From contig CAZBAS010000005.1 of the NCBI GenBank assembly GCA_964490395.1, positions 17,167 through 81,166 of the forward strand: a DNA stretch of 64,000 bases. Reading direction: 5' to 3'. Position numbers and translations under genes: made by a program. The notes below the pieces were generated by a model. That model saw nothing but the letters and a program-made list of their open reading frames with translations, made no database searches and had not been told where the DNA came from. The stretch comes from an uncultured Candidatus Saccharibacteria bacterium. GTDB taxonomy: Bacteria > Patescibacteriota > Doudnabacteria > UBA920. Shown one piece after another: positions 1-9,973 of this stretch. Position 1 is the first letter of the stretch. The number at the start of each line of letters is the position of its first letter.

Positions 1-435
1 CCAAATTTCTCCAGGGCTGAATTATACCAAGGGCGGTATTTGTCATTACGGGCAAGTGCAGTCTGCCATCCATACACTTAAATACACCTATCTCAGTAGG
101 GTGTTGGGCACGATACAAACGACGGGCAAGGGTAACCTTGGGGGAGCTAAATTCAGCTGCGTGAGTTTTATTTATTTCTATAAGTCTTTCTGGGCCGTGG
201 GTGTTCATAAGGTTATACAATTATACTGTTACCATATAGTATGCCACCTGGAAGTACTTTTCAAGATGCCTACCCGGGTGTATAATTGAAGGGCATTCAT
301 TTTCTTTATTCGAGCAATGATAGAGCGGATTTCCAAAAAATTTGAAATAACTATGAGCAAGTGGTTCTATAAATTAGCCTGCAGGCTAATTAAGTAGTTA
401 GAATATAGTAGTCTGTTGTCAGTTACAGATACAAC

Positions 436-466
436 ATAAAAGCCCCGTACGGGGCTTTTATGTTTC
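436..466 (-). terminator. Stem-loop terminator downstream of the ribonuclease gene
   Basis: aaaagccccgtacggggctttt is a perfect GC-rich hairpin with flanking A/T runs, just past the stop (504) of the minus-strand gene. Confidence 0.5.
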
Positions 467-503
467 CAGCTGACTACTGAAAACAATATTCTGACAGCTT
501 TGT

Positions 504-1910
504 TTACAGCTCGAAACTGTCATTATACTTCGGTACTACAATTTCCGCGTTCGGGAACTTTTCTTTAAGCATCGGCGCAAACGTAGTTGCTTGGTCCGTT
601 TCGGTGTGTACCAAGAATATTTTTTTTAGGCCATGAAGTGTTTGGATGTATTCAAGCAGTTGTTCCTGGTCGGCATGGGCAGAGAACTCGTTAAATACTA
701 CTATGCGCGCCCGTACGGTATGCTCGCGGTCGAATATTCTCACCGGGCTTACGCCTTCAATTATCTTTCTACCCAACGTACCTTCACCCTGGTACCCTGT
801 AAACATTACTATCGCGTTTTGGTCTTCAATGTTATTTTTCAGGTGGTGCAGTATGCGGCCGCCTTCGCACATGCCCGAAGCAGAAATAATCATGAAGGGT
901 CCAGCAGCATCATTGAGCCGTTTGGAGTCTTCTACTGAGTGGGTATATATCAAATTGCGAAAGGTGAGTGGAATTTCGCCGGCCTTAGTAAAGTCGTGCC
1001 AGGTCTCTTGGTCAAACTCTTCTGTGTGTTTACCAAATACCTCTGTCATGTTGGCAGCAAGAGGGCTGTCTATATAAATAGGCAGTCGTGGAATTTTCCC
1101 GCTGTCTGTGAGCTGATGGAGTATGTATATAAGCTCCTGGGTTCGGCCAAGGCTAAACGCAGGAACAATTATCTTACTTTTGTATTTGAAAGCGTCGTTA
1201 ATAATTTCAACCAGAGCCGCTTTGGCTTCTTCGGTAGATTTATGGTTGCGGTTTCCGTACGTACACTCAGACAAAAGTACATCCACTGGCTCTTGAATGG
1301 TTTCAGGGTCTCGCAGCATGGGTGTGTTTTTGTGCCCCAGGTCTCCGGTAAAGGCAATGGTTTGCAACTTTCCGTCCTCTGTTATTTCTAGAAGAATGAT
1401 GCTCGAGCCTAATATATGGCCAGCGTCGTAGAGCTTGAATCGTATTCGGTCGTTTATGCGCGTCCACTGTTGTGTGTGCCAGAAGTATGGGGTGGCAGCA
1501 AAGTGCGAGACGGTGGCTTCTACGTCTTCGGTGGTATAGACAGGGTATATGGGGTCTTGTCCGGGCAGTAAGTGGTCGTTGTAGTAGTTTGCGTCTTGCT
1601 CTTGTATTTTAGCGCTGTCTCTTAAAATGTAGGTGGCTACATCTACAGTTGCCGGGCTGGTATAAATGTTTCCGGTAAACCCTTTTTGTACAAGCAGTGG
1701 CAGCATGCCGCAGTGGTCTGCGTGGCCGTGTGACAAAATAACGGCGTCAATGTCACTCGCTTCAAAGGGTAGGTTTTTGTTTAGCTGGTTTACGTCGCTC
1801 CGCTTTCCTTGGTGCAAACCGCAATCTAGAAGTATTTTAAACCCCTGGGTGTCTATTAAATGTTTAGAGCCCGTTACGTTTTGGGCCGCCCCGTAGAAAG
1901 TAATTTTCAT
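504..1910 (-). CDS. MBL-fold beta-CASP ribonuclease (RNase J / CPSF-like)
   Basis: HGHADH metallo-beta-lactamase motif near the N-terminus; 468 aa with the layout of beta-CASP RNA-metabolising hydrolases. Confidence 0.75.
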   Translation of the reverse strand: MKITFYGAAQNVTGSKHLIDTQGFKILLDCGLHQGKRSDVNQLNKNLPFEASDIDAVILSHGHADHCGMLPLLVQKGFTGNIYTSPATVDVATYILRDSAKIQEQDANYYNDHLLPGQDPIYPVYTTEDVEATVSHFAATPYFWHTQQWTRINDRIRFKLYDAGHILGSSIILLEITEDGKLQTIAFTGDLGHKNTPMLRDPETIQEPVDVLLSECTYGNRNHKSTEEAKAALVEIINDAFKYKSKIIVPAFSLGRTQELIYILHQLTDSGKIPRLPIYIDSPLAANMTEVFGKHTEEFDQETWHDFTKAGEIPLTFRNLIYTHSVEDSKRLNDAAGPFMIISASGMCEGGRILHHLKNNIEDQNAIVMFTGYQGEGTLGRKIIEGVSPVRIFDREHTVRARIVVFNEFSAHADQEQLLEYIQTLHGLKKIFLVHTETDQATTFAPMLKEKFPNAEIVVPKYNDSFEL

Positions 1911-1996
1911 AAGTTGTCAGTAGTCAGAATATAGTTGTCAGTACCTTGTTATCTTAATGATAGCACGGTGTCCTGCATGCTGCATTCGGGTTATGG

Positions 1997-2034
1997 TGCA
2001 TTACCTGTGTCACATGTGTGACACAGGTAATGCA
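1997..2034. terminator. 38-bp perfect palindrome followed by a T-run
   Basis: tgcattacctgtgtcacatgtgtgacacaggtaatgca is its own reverse complement; it is followed by ggtttttt and lies between the ABC-F stop and the ribonuclease start. Confidence 0.5.
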
Positions 2035-2040
2035 GGTTTT

Positions 2041-3498
2041 TTATGTGGGGATCTCACGGATGCGCTTGTTTTCTAAGAGGAGGGTGCGGTGTATGCCCAC
2101 TTCTTTAAGGAAGTAGCGGTCGTGGGAAATAATGAGTAGACCTCCTTGGTAGGTTTTAAGTGCAGACTCTATTATTTCTCGTGATTGGATGTCGAGGTGG
2201 TTGGTTGGCTCATCCAATATAAGCAGCTCACATGCTTCGTGTACGAGCTTGGCGAGCATGAGGCGAACTTGCTCACCGCTGGAGAGTTGGCTTATGCGCT
2301 TGTAGCGGTCTGCATCAAAAAACCCGTATGCAGCAAGAAAGCCACGAGTGTTGTCGGTCTTCATTTTATGACCAATGGTGCCCAGTATTTCTTGCTCCAC
2401 GGTGTGCTCCTGGTTTAGGGTGCGATGCTCTTGGTCAAAGTAGCCGACTCGGACATTTTCGCCAAGCTTAATTTCACCACTATCCGGCGCAAGGCTACCC
2501 ATAATGAGTTTTGTAATGGTGGTCTTGCCGCTGCCGTTAGCGCCTTTGAGCAGTACATGTTCGCTTCCCCGAAGTTCAAATGACGTGCTTTCGAGTAAAT
2601 GTGAATCTCCCAATCTTTTTTCAATCTCCGCAAACCTTACCAGCAGTTTTCCGCTGTGCGTAGCGCCTTCAAACGCTAGTTTTTTTATGGCTGCGGTATC
2701 TTGCGGCCTCACCATCTCTTGGCTATATATTTCTCTTTCCATTCGTTTTTTCCACGCTCGAATCACAGCACCATCGAGCTGGTCTCGTGCTCCGAGAATC
2801 TGCATTTCTTTAAGCTTGGCCCCCATGCTTTTCTTTTTTGTTTGCTGTACCTTGTAGAGTTCTTCAGCTCGGGCTCGTCGTATGGCTCGTTCCGCTAGGT
2901 ATGAGTCGTAGTTGCCCATGTATTCGTTTATATTTTTACTTTGCACATCAAACTCAACAATTTTGCTTACGCACTTATTTAGAAAAGCGCGGTCGTGAGA
3001 CACAATTACTACTGCACCACTAAATGCATGTACCAATTGTTCCAGCAGTAGAATGCCCTGGGTGTCTAAATGGTTGGTGGGCTCGTCCAAGAGTAGGGTG
3101 GTGGGCCGCTCCAAGAGTATTTTTGCAAGTGCAAGTCTTGTCTTTTGTCCGCCGCTTAAGGATGCTATGGCCAGAGATGTGTCTAGATGGCTTAGTCCTA
3201 CTTCAGCAAGCATTGCATCTGTCTGGTGTTCTTTATAGCTTTGGAGGTATTGGAATACAGATTGGGCTTGCTCCTCGTGCGGAATAACTTGCTCTAGGTA
3301 CCCCACGCGTTCTTTTTCTAGCACGACTTCGCCTTCGTCCGGAAATTCCATGGAGGCTATCATTTTAAGTAGGGTGGATTTACCCGCCCCATTTGGGCCA
3401 ACAATGCCTATGTGGTCACCACGGTGAATGGTGAGGTTCAAGTTTTTAAATAATGGTTCGTAGTTAACAAGTTTAGAGAGGTTTCGAATAAGAATCAT
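2041..3498 (-). CDS. ABC-F family ATPase (tandem ABC domains, EttA/Uup-like)
   Basis: Two Walker A motifs (GPNGAGKST, GANGSGKTT), two ABC signatures (LSGGQKTRL, LSSGEQVRL) and two Walker B motifs (LLLDEPTNHLD, LILDEPTNHLD); no transmembrane domain. The track ORF runs to 3651, but MILIRNL (ATG at 3496-3498) matches the usual ABC-F N-terminus. Confidence 0.85.
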   Translation of the reverse strand: MILIRNLSKLVNYEPLFKNLNLTIHRGDHIGIVGPNGAGKSTLLKMIASMEFPDEGEVVLEKERVGYLEQVIPHEEQAQSVFQYLQSYKEHQTDAMLAEVGLSHLDTSLAIASLSGGQKTRLALAKILLERPTTLLLDEPTNHLDTQGILLLEQLVHAFSGAVVIVSHDRAFLNKCVSKIVEFDVQSKNINEYMGNYDSYLAERAIRRARAEELYKVQQTKKKSMGAKLKEMQILGARDQLDGAVIRAWKKRMEREIYSQEMVRPQDTAAIKKLAFEGATHSGKLLVRFAEIEKRLGDSHLLESTSFELRGSEHVLLKGANGSGKTTITKLIMGSLAPDSGEIKLGENVRVGYFDQEHRTLNQEHTVEQEILGTIGHKMKTDNTRGFLAAYGFFDADRYKRISQLSSGEQVRLMLAKLVHEACELLILDEPTNHLDIQSREIIESALKTYQGGLLIISHDRYFLKEVGIHRTLLLENKRIREIPT

Positions 3499-3510
3499 AT
3501 ATATCCCTTC

Positions 3511-3604
3511 CGTCATTGCGAGGAAACTTTGTGACGAAGCAATCTGGGCTGTAGAAGCAAGATTGCCACGTCGGTCGCAGGGCCTTCCTCCTCGCAATGA
3601 CACG
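3511..3604. repeat. Inverted repeat upstream of the ABC-F gene
   Basis: gtcattgcgaggaa and ttcctcctcgcaatgac are a perfect 12-14 bp inverted repeat separated by about 60 nt. Confidence 0.35.
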
Positions 3605-3871
3605 GTGGAGAAAGTTATGTATAAACAAAAAAGACCCAGTATTGGGTCCATATGATTCTTACACGAAAGTTGTACTTATACGCTAGAAGTCATATTTTTT
3701 ACCCAATACAAAAACAGCCCCCTCATAGTGCCCTGTTCGAATACCTAGTTCTGCTAGAGTTCTCTTTTTCATATATTGGTAAAAATTGACTTATGTATTA
3801 TACCACGCGCTACTACATTGCGCAAACGATTGTGTAACAAGGGTGACCCTTGTTTGCAACTTGTTTGCCAG

Positions 3872-5224
3872 CTACAGTGAAAACTTTTCAAAGTAGATCT
3901 TATTTTTGCTTATGCCAATGCTAGGGAGGGATTTTATGAGCGCGTTCATCATGGGAGGTGGGCCGCAGAGGAAGGTTTCTCTGTCTGCTGCGTCGGGCAC
4001 GAGCTGTTGTATGAGCTCGGGGGTGACGAAACCTTTGGAGAACGTGGTTAGAGGGGAGAGGTTAGAGGGGGGAGTGGGGAGGTCCTGCTGGTTACTTAGT
4101 ACGTGATGGATCTTTATCGAATATTTTTCAGACAGTGCTTCGAGTTCAGCGCGAAGGGCTATATCTGCTTCAGTTTTGTTGCCGTAGATGAGTTTGATGT
4201 CTTTTCCGGCTTTGCCCAGGTCTTCGAGTATTGCAATGTAGGGAGTTATGCCGATGCCGCCCGCAACCAGCAATACTTTGTTAGTTACAGATCTATGCGC
4301 TGTGAATATACCATATGGTCCTTCCACCAGAACTCTAGTACCAGGTTTTATTTTCGGAATGGTTTTAGTGAAGTCGCCAATGGCTTTTATGGACTGGCGT
4401 AACCCCTTACCATCATAATTCTTTGAAATGGAAAATGGATGGGCCTCCCAGTAAAAAGGCTTTGCTAAAAATCTGACTATAAGGAATTGTCCGCCAGTAA
4501 ATGTAAAAGTGTCTATTTGGTCTCCGGTTATATAAACGGAGTTTACATCTGCAGTTTCTGGTTTAATCTCACTCACTGTAAAGCGGTGTTTGCGGAACAA
4601 GAGTATGGGTTTAAGAAAACGAAAGGCGAGGAGGTTGGTCCCCACGAATGCATACACCACATACCAGTAGTAGGTAAAGAGTGTGCTTACATTAAAATCT
4701 CCGCCCAGAGGAAGTTGGTGGCCCCACGCAAGCACAATGGCTACGTACATGGCAAGGTGCACATAGTACCACCGTTCAAAGTTCCAACGTTTCCAGACAA
4801 CAAGCAGGGAATAAATAATAATGCCTAAGAACAAGTAAAAGGCAATGCTCGCTTGTAGCAGGTCATCGTTTTTAAGAAAAGTAAAATATTGACTAATGAT
4901 ACCTACGCCTGCAAAGCGGCTATAACTAAAAATTATTAGTGCTGGGTGGAGTACTAAAAAGATAATAAAGTAGCGACCTATCTTGTGGTGAAGTCGCGCG
5001 AGTCTATCTAGTCCAAACGCCTGTTCTACCCATGGGGCGCGGCTCATAATGAGCAGCTGAAGCAAGACAAGGGAAACCAGTATAAGGCCAGAGGCTTTTC
5101 CTATGGCAAGCGAGAAATTGCTTAGGTCTTGACCAAAGAGCGATGCAGAGCCATGCCACCAGAAATAGGCTATCACAACGGTGTGAAGCAAAATAGCTAA
5201 ATAAAACCAAATCTTTTTATTCAT
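3872..5224 (-). CDS. Ferric-reductase-like transmembrane oxidoreductase with FAD/NAD-binding FNR-type domain (NOX/Fre-like)
   Basis: Hydrophobic N-terminal half with conserved His residues; HPFSIS FAD-binding motif; LLVAGGIGITP NAD-binding motif; C-terminal CGPPPM. Likely start is MNKKIWFYL at 5224; the track extends to 5281. Confidence 0.75.
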   Translation of the reverse strand: MNKKIWFYLAILLHTVVIAYFWWHGSASLFGQDLSNFSLAIGKASGLILVSLVLLQLLIMSRAPWVEQAFGLDRLARLHHKIGRYFIIFLVLHPALIIFSYSRFAGVGIISQYFTFLKNDDLLQASIAFYLFLGIIIYSLLVVWKRWNFERWYYVHLAMYVAIVLAWGHQLPLGGDFNVSTLFTYYWYVVYAFVGTNLLAFRFLKPILLFRKHRFTVSEIKPETADVNSVYITGDQIDTFTFTGGQFLIVRFLAKPFYWEAHPFSISKNYDGKGLRQSIKAIGDFTKTIPKIKPGTRVLVEGPYGIFTAHRSVTNKVLLVAGGIGITPYIAILEDLGKAGKDIKLIYGNKTEADIALRAELEALSEKYSIKIHHVLSNQQDLPTPPSNLSPLTTFSKGFVTPELIQQLVPDAADRETFLCGPPPMMNALIKSLPSIGISKNKIYFEKFSL

Positions 5225-5351
5225 ATTTGTAGTATACCGCACCGTTTGTGTCGCAACAATGAAGGTGTGAATTTGGCGCACTGCGCGCTTCGGGGTGGTG
5301 ACTATTGCAATGAAATAAAAAGCCCTCCTATTCCGGTGGGCTTTTTCTAAA

Positions 5352-6797
5352 TTATTGTGCTTTTTCCATAATGCCGATTGGTGGCTGCTGGCTTTGGCTA
5401 TCGAGAATTTCTTTTACGAGCGGTACTACTACATATTTATTGTACGGATGTGCGGGGTCGCTGCTTGTAGCTGGGAAGAGGAGTGCAGGGGCGTAGACTT
5501 CATTGCCTGTTTGCTCGTTTGGCTTTTGCAACCAAGAGCGTACGAGCCCGTGCACAGGTGTGCCCAGGGTTACGGTGACTTTGGTCGATCCTGGCATATC
5601 TCCGGTGTAGCTGTTTCCTTCCGCCACTGCGACCAGGCGCTTAAAGTCCGTTACGGTGTCGTATTTAGATTCTTCAAGGCGAAGAGGTCCGTAGTCAAAC
5701 ACACCGGCAACTCGTTTGTGCCACAAAGATATGTTTACCACTAGGCCTGCAGGGTTACCCGCTTCGTCAAGGACAGTCTCTCCCTTAATTTTACGAGGAT
5801 ATACCACTGATGCGTAGGGGGGTGCGGAATTGGGGTCTGTGGTAAGGTTTGCCTTAATTTGGTCCCAACCTGCTTGCATTTCTGGGTCGCCATATTCGGC
5901 AAGGCTTATTCCTTGGTCTTTGAAAAAGTTATTTGCAATGCTTACTAAGTCTGCGTCGCTAACGGGGTTTGCAGCATAGTGTTGTTTTAAGCACTCGCTA
6001 TTGTAATTGCACTCAGTATAGTCGTTAGGCCATCGTTGCCAATTCTGGTTTAGGGTAATGGATCCGTTTAAAAAGTCTATGGTTGCTGTGTAACCAAAAT
6101 CGCGGTCATCGTGGAACGACACGGTCTCCATTTGGGGGTTTGTGAAGTTGGTGAATCCAAAGCTTTTGAGGTTTAAGCGGCTCAGTAGGCTTTTTTGCAA
6201 CTCCGGGAAGGCATTGCGTGACCGAAGGTACACTGAGGCCGAATTGTCTTTCAGTTCTATCTGCCCTCCTTTATACACAAAAGTGTATTGGACCATAACG
6301 GGCATGGAGCTGGGCGCTATCATTTTTCCGTCTGTTGCTTGTGGCGCGGCTGCAGCTGCGGAAGCGCTCCCTTCTGTCCCGCCACCGCCCTTACCACCTG
6401 CGGTTACCGTGGCTAGGCTGCCAAAGGCTTGGGGTTTGGTGCTCACAATACTCGTTTTTCCATCTATCTGTGAGACCGCAGATTCAAAACTACTGAGGTT
6501 GGTTTTCTGCTTATACACTACAGTGGTGGTAACGAGTCCAATAATGGCAAGGGTAGCAAAAGTTGTAGTGAGCCAAGAGAATCTATGGCTCGGCATGTGT
6601 GCTGGCTGCTGAATGGTGGCCTGTGCAGCAAGTCTTTGGCGAAGTGTGTGTGCAAACGCTTCGTCTACCGTGACCTCGGGCCTGCTGGCAACAAGCTGGG
6701 TAATAATGGTTACGAGCTTTTGCTCGTGCTTTTTGAAGTCAGGATCCAGTGCGTATAGATCGCGTAGTATATCTTGAATTTTTTCTGGGGTTGTCAT
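5352..6797 (-). CDS. Anti-sigma-factor-like membrane protein
   Basis: Lies immediately downstream of the ECF sigma gene; N-terminal cytoplasmic helix region, one TM segment (LTTTFATLAIIGLVTTTVV), G/A-rich linker and an extracytoplasmic domain. Confidence 0.55.
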   Translation of the reverse strand: MTTPEKIQDILRDLYALDPDFKKHEQKLVTIITQLVASRPEVTVDEAFAHTLRQRLAAQATIQQPAHMPSHRFSWLTTTFATLAIIGLVTTTVVYKQKTNLSSFESAVSQIDGKTSIVSTKPQAFGSLATVTAGGKGGGGTEGSASAAAAAPQATDGKMIAPSSMPVMVQYTFVYKGGQIELKDNSASVYLRSRNAFPELQKSLLSRLNLKSFGFTNFTNPQMETVSFHDDRDFGYTATIDFLNGSITLNQNWQRWPNDYTECNYNSECLKQHYAANPVSDADLVSIANNFFKDQGISLAEYGDPEMQAGWDQIKANLTTDPNSAPPYASVVYPRKIKGETVLDEAGNPAGLVVNISLWHKRVAGVFDYGPLRLEESKYDTVTDFKRLVAVAEGNSYTGDMPGSTKVTVTLGTPVHGLVRSWLQKPNEQTGNEVYAPALLFPATSSDPAHPYNKYVVVPLVKEILDSQSQQPPIGIMEKAQ

Positions 6798-6810
6798 AGG
6801 AGTAGCAAAT

Positions 6811-6889
6811 AATATCTAATTTCTAATATCTAATGTCTAAATAAACTCCAAATCCTACATTAGGAATTAGATATTAGACATTTCTAAAT
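6811..6889. repeat. CTAAT-based palindromic intergenic repeat, copy 1
   Basis: aatatctaatttctaatatctaatgtctaaat ... attaggaattagatattagacatttctaaat sits between the sigma and anti-sigma genes; related copies are at 14058-14129 and 21418-21506. Confidence 0.5.
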
Positions 6890-7459
6890 CTACAGTTTAA
6901 GCAGTAATAATAACGCTATCGCTGCGGCGCCGAAATTTGCTTGTAGTTTGCTTATGGTGCGCGAGTAATTCATTTTCACTGCAGCTTCGCTCATGCCAAG
7001 CACTGCTGCTATGTCTTTATGGGGTAAGTCGTCCCATACACGCATTATGACAATGTCTCGTTGAGTAGCGTCCAGGGTGTTCAGAAACTTTTGTACAGAG
7101 TCAATGTCAAATGCAGTACTCGCATCGTGCGCAGGATTATGGTGCGATGCTACGTCTTTTGCAGTATCTATATCTTCTACACTTTTACGTGTGCGTGTAT
7201 GGTCAATAATCTTGTTCCGAGCAATGGTGTACAGCCAGGTGCTGAACGAAGCCTTAGACGCACTAAAGGTGTGTATTTTTTCTAGCGCAGATATAAATAT
7301 GTCACTCGTGACATCTTCTGCAGTTTGCCTGTGGGGGAGCCGGTGAAAAACAAAGCGGTAGATTCGCTCTAGATACGCATCGTACAGCTTAGTAAATTCT
7401 TCCAGCTCGCCCTTGGCAATTGCCGCGAGTATTCTATTTTCGTCTAACATGTCTTGCAT
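6890..7459 (-). CDS. ECF-type RNA polymerase sigma factor (sigma-70 regions 2 and 4)
   Basis: Region 2 FVFHRLPHRQTAEDVTSDIF; region 4 HTH LPHKDIAAVLGMSEAAVKMNYSRT; 189 aa. Confidence 0.8.
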   Translation of the reverse strand: MQDMLDENRILAAIAKGELEEFTKLYDAYLERIYRFVFHRLPHRQTAEDVTSDIFISALEKIHTFSASKASFSTWLYTIARNKIIDHTRTRKSVEDIDTAKDVASHHNPAHDASTAFDIDSVQKFLNTLDATQRDIVIMRVWDDLPHKDIAAVLGMSEAAVKMNYSRTISKLQANFGAAAIALLLLLKL

Positions 7460-7590
7460 TCGCGCGTCCGCGGCTTAGTATATTCAGCATATATGTGCTG
7501 CTATATATACTATACGATATAAGCCTGTAAAAGGTAACAAGCCTCAAAAGGTTGGGCGAATCCTTTATTTTCTGATACTATAATGGTACT

Positions 7591-8088
7591 TTGTTTATAC
7601 CCCATATGCATTTAAAGACACGCACAACAGTAAGCTTTCTCAGAATTTCCTCTTGGGGACACGACGCGGGTCGTGGGTTTACTTTGGTAGAGCTGCTGGT
7701 GGTCATTGGTATTATTGGCCTGCTCGCCTCCGTGGTGCTTACAAGTTTGAGTTCAGCGCGAAAAAAATCGCGCGATGCCAAGCGAGTAGCCGACATGAAG
7801 CAGCTTGCCACCGCGATGGAGCTATATTTCAATGATTACAGCGGGTACCCGGCTGCCTCTGGTACTGCTCCAGCAGTGCCCGCGGGCCTTACGCCAGGCT
7901 ATATAGCTGCCCTGCCAGTTGCTCCTCAGCCGTACGATGGTTGCAATGCCCTTGCCGCAAGTAACTACTACAATTACACTCCAAGCACTGCTCCTGCTAC
8001 AACGTACGCCTACACCTTTTGTCTGAGTGCGACCACTGGTAGCTACACAGCTGGGAGTCATACTTTGAGCCCTGCGGGTATACAATAA
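7591..8088 (+). CDS. Type IV pilin / pseudopilin-like protein (prepilin N-terminal cleavage and methylation domain)
   Basis: G|FTLVELLVVIGIIGLLASVVL class III signal peptide after a roughly 24-aa leader; ATG start probably at about 7606 (MHLKTRTT). Confidence 0.75.
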   Translation: MFIPHMHLKTRTTVSFLRISSWGHDAGRGFTLVELLVVIGIIGLLASVVLTSLSSARKKSRDAKRVADMKQLATAMELYFNDYSGYPAASGTAPAVPAGLTPGYIAALPVAPQPYDGCNALAASNYYNYTPSTAPATTYAYTFCLSATTGSYTAGSHTLSPAGIQ

Positions 8089-8153
8089 TCTTCTTCTTGC
8101 ATAATTATAAAACCGGCACCGAGCCGGTTTTGTTTAAATGCAGTTTCATGTAT

Positions 8154-8897
8154 CTATTGAGAGACTTTTCCCTGCGCTTGAAGGTCTACCACTTTTTGCC
8201 AATAGGCGAGCTCTTGTGCGCTGGATTCATTTCCAAAGTCTTTTTCCAGTGCTTGTACTGCTCGGTTGCGTAGTACCTCCGGGCTCATTTGAAAATGTTG
8301 GTAATCTTTAAGGCTGCTCCAGTTTCCGCCCCACTCAAACCCATGCCGAGCAAATAGCGCTACAATGTCCTCGTCCACCGTCCCTGGAGTGGTGCCGGTA
8401 GGGTCGTACGAGGCGCCTTGGGGGTACGTTGTCTCGCCAATAACCATTGGGTTTTGTTTTGGGTTTATATCTATGGCTATGCCAAATGAGTGCAGGGAGA
8501 GCTTTCCAGTCCTGCCCACAAAGCGAATGTTTTGCGCGCTCGTATTGTTATGCTCCATAGAGGTATCGTCGTCCCATGCATATGATGCTATGGGTTGCAC
8601 GCTTTGCACTGGGAATCTTTTCTCTAGGAGCTCTTCAAAAATGTCTTTTACCGCAGGGGCTATGGTCTTGTCCACTGTAATTTGCCCTTGTTCGTAATCG
8701 CCTTGAAAATTTATGTACACAATGGCTACGACTTCTTGCCGCTCGCGTATCGCCTCGGTAAACTCCCGCATTTCCGCCGACAACTCCAAGTCAGGGTTTG
8801 TTTTTCTGGCTTCATCTTTACTGAGATTAGATACTATTATGGGACTCTCCCTCATCTTTCCCAGGGCTTCTTCATGGCTTTGTTCCCAGTTTGTCAT
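8154..8897 (-). CDS. M15 family peptidase (VanY / D-Ala-D-Ala carboxypeptidase-like)
   Basis: SLHSFGIAIDINP and GFEWGGNW...DYQHFQ are motifs of the LAS / M15 zinc peptidase family. Confidence 0.7.
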   Translation of the reverse strand: MTNWEQSHEEALGKMRESPIIVSNLSKDEARKTNPDLELSAEMREFTEAIRERQEVVAIVYINFQGDYEQGQITVDKTIAPAVKDIFEELLEKRFPVQSVQPIASYAWDDDTSMEHNNTSAQNIRFVGRTGKLSLHSFGIAIDINPKQNPMVIGETTYPQGASYDPTGTTPGTVDEDIVALFARHGFEWGGNWSSLKDYQHFQMSPEVLRNRAVQALEKDFGNESSAQELAYWQKVVDLQAQGKVSQ

Positions 8898-9514
8898 ATC
8901 TTTTTCTTAAAGAAATGAGTAAATATACGGGAAATAGACATGAGCAACACAATGCCAAGTAGTAGCCCTATTTCCGCATAACGAATAGAGTGGCCAAGGT
9001 GTACCACTCCTGCACTGCTCGCATAACCAAGTCCACCAATTATTACTATCCAGGCAATATTTCCTGGAAGGTCTTTGCGCATAAGTTCAGGGAGCGGCAT
9101 GCCTAGTGCGCCAGCCTTTGCCAGAATGGCGTGGTTTACCCCATAGAGAAACTTTGAAATAAACAGGCTTCGTCTTGGTCGTTCAAGTAAGTGGGGGCCA
9201 AGGGGGTTGGTGACCGCTTTAAGCCAGCGCACGAGCCAATTGTTTTTTGGTTCAAGCCAGGCGCCGAGCTGGTACCATGCTACATCGCCTATGGTGCAAC
9301 CGAGCAAAAGCCAAAGGAACATGAATACTGGATCGAATAAGCCTTGATGGGTCAAAAACCCAGCAGTAAACAATACAGCGTCCCCTTCAAGAAAAATTCC
9401 TACAGCAAGACTAACGTAGCCCACTATGCGCCAATTGCCCGATGCATGAAGGAGAAGGGAGTTAATATGGTGGTTATGGTGTAGCTGCCTATGCAGTGTC
9501 TCGAATTCTTGCAT
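8894..9514 (-). CDS. DedA / VTT-domain family membrane protein
   Basis: GIFLEGDAVLFTAGFL motif and multiple TM helices. Confidence 0.65.
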   Translation of the reverse strand: MQEFETLHRQLHHNHHINSLLLHASGNWRIVGYVSLAVGIFLEGDAVLFTAGFLTHQGLFDPVFMFLWLLLGCTIGDVAWYQLGAWLEPKNNWLVRWLKAVTNPLGPHLLERPRRSLFISKFLYGVNHAILAKAGALGMPLPELMRKDLPGNIAWIVIIGGLGYASSAGVVHLGHSIRYAEIGLLLGIVLLMSISRIFTHFFKKKI

Positions 9515-9517
9515 TAG

Positions 9518-9919
9518 TTATTCAGTTTTTTCCAGCTTCAGTGAACACGAGTTAATGCAAAAACGCTGACCAGTAGTTTCGGGTCCGTCATCAAAGACAT
9601 GCCCAAGATGGGCGCCGCAGCGTTTGCAGGTAACTTCGGTGCGGTGCATGCCATGTGAGTCATCGGCAATGAGTTCCACATGCTCACGGTTCATGGGTTG
9701 GTCAAAGCTAGGCCAGCCAGTACCTGAGTCGAATTTTGTATCGGAAGAAAATAGTTCAAGCCCGCAGTTGGAGCACTTATATACTCCCTTGCTGTGTTCA
9801 TTTACATATTTGCCGGAAAATGGCGCCTCAGTTCCTTTTTCTCGAGTAATGTGGTACGTTTCCGGGTCTAATGTGGCTTTCCATTCTTCATCTGTTTTTG
9901 GTAGGTTGTCTGTGTCCAT
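9518..9919 (-). CDS. msrB: Peptide-methionine (R)-S-oxide reductase MsrB
   Basis: CSNCG...CKRCG zinc-site cysteines; GWPSF; HLGHVFDDGP; catalytic RFCINS motif; 133 aa. Confidence 0.9.
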   Translation of the reverse strand: MDTDNLPKTDEEWKATLDPETYHITREKGTEAPFSGKYVNEHSKGVYKCSNCGLELFSSDTKFDSGTGWPSFDQPMNREHVELIADDSHGMHRTEVTCKRCGAHLGHVFDDGPETTGQRFCINSCSLKLEKTE

Positions 9920-9973
9920 AATTTTATAATATTTAAAAATGGTAATGAGTCTTTTGTCTCTACTAAGTATAAC

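Noticed and set aside
56-289. 77-aa + ORF at the window start
   Set aside because: No SD, odd composition and no family; the 1-500 region looks intergenic (short agtcagaatatagt repeats, and the terminator hairpin at 436-466).
2185-3287. Multiple + strand ORFs (77-117 aa) inside the ABC-F gene
   Set aside because: They are antisense shadows of a well-supported minus-strand ABC-F CDS, with low-complexity S/L/P-rich translations.
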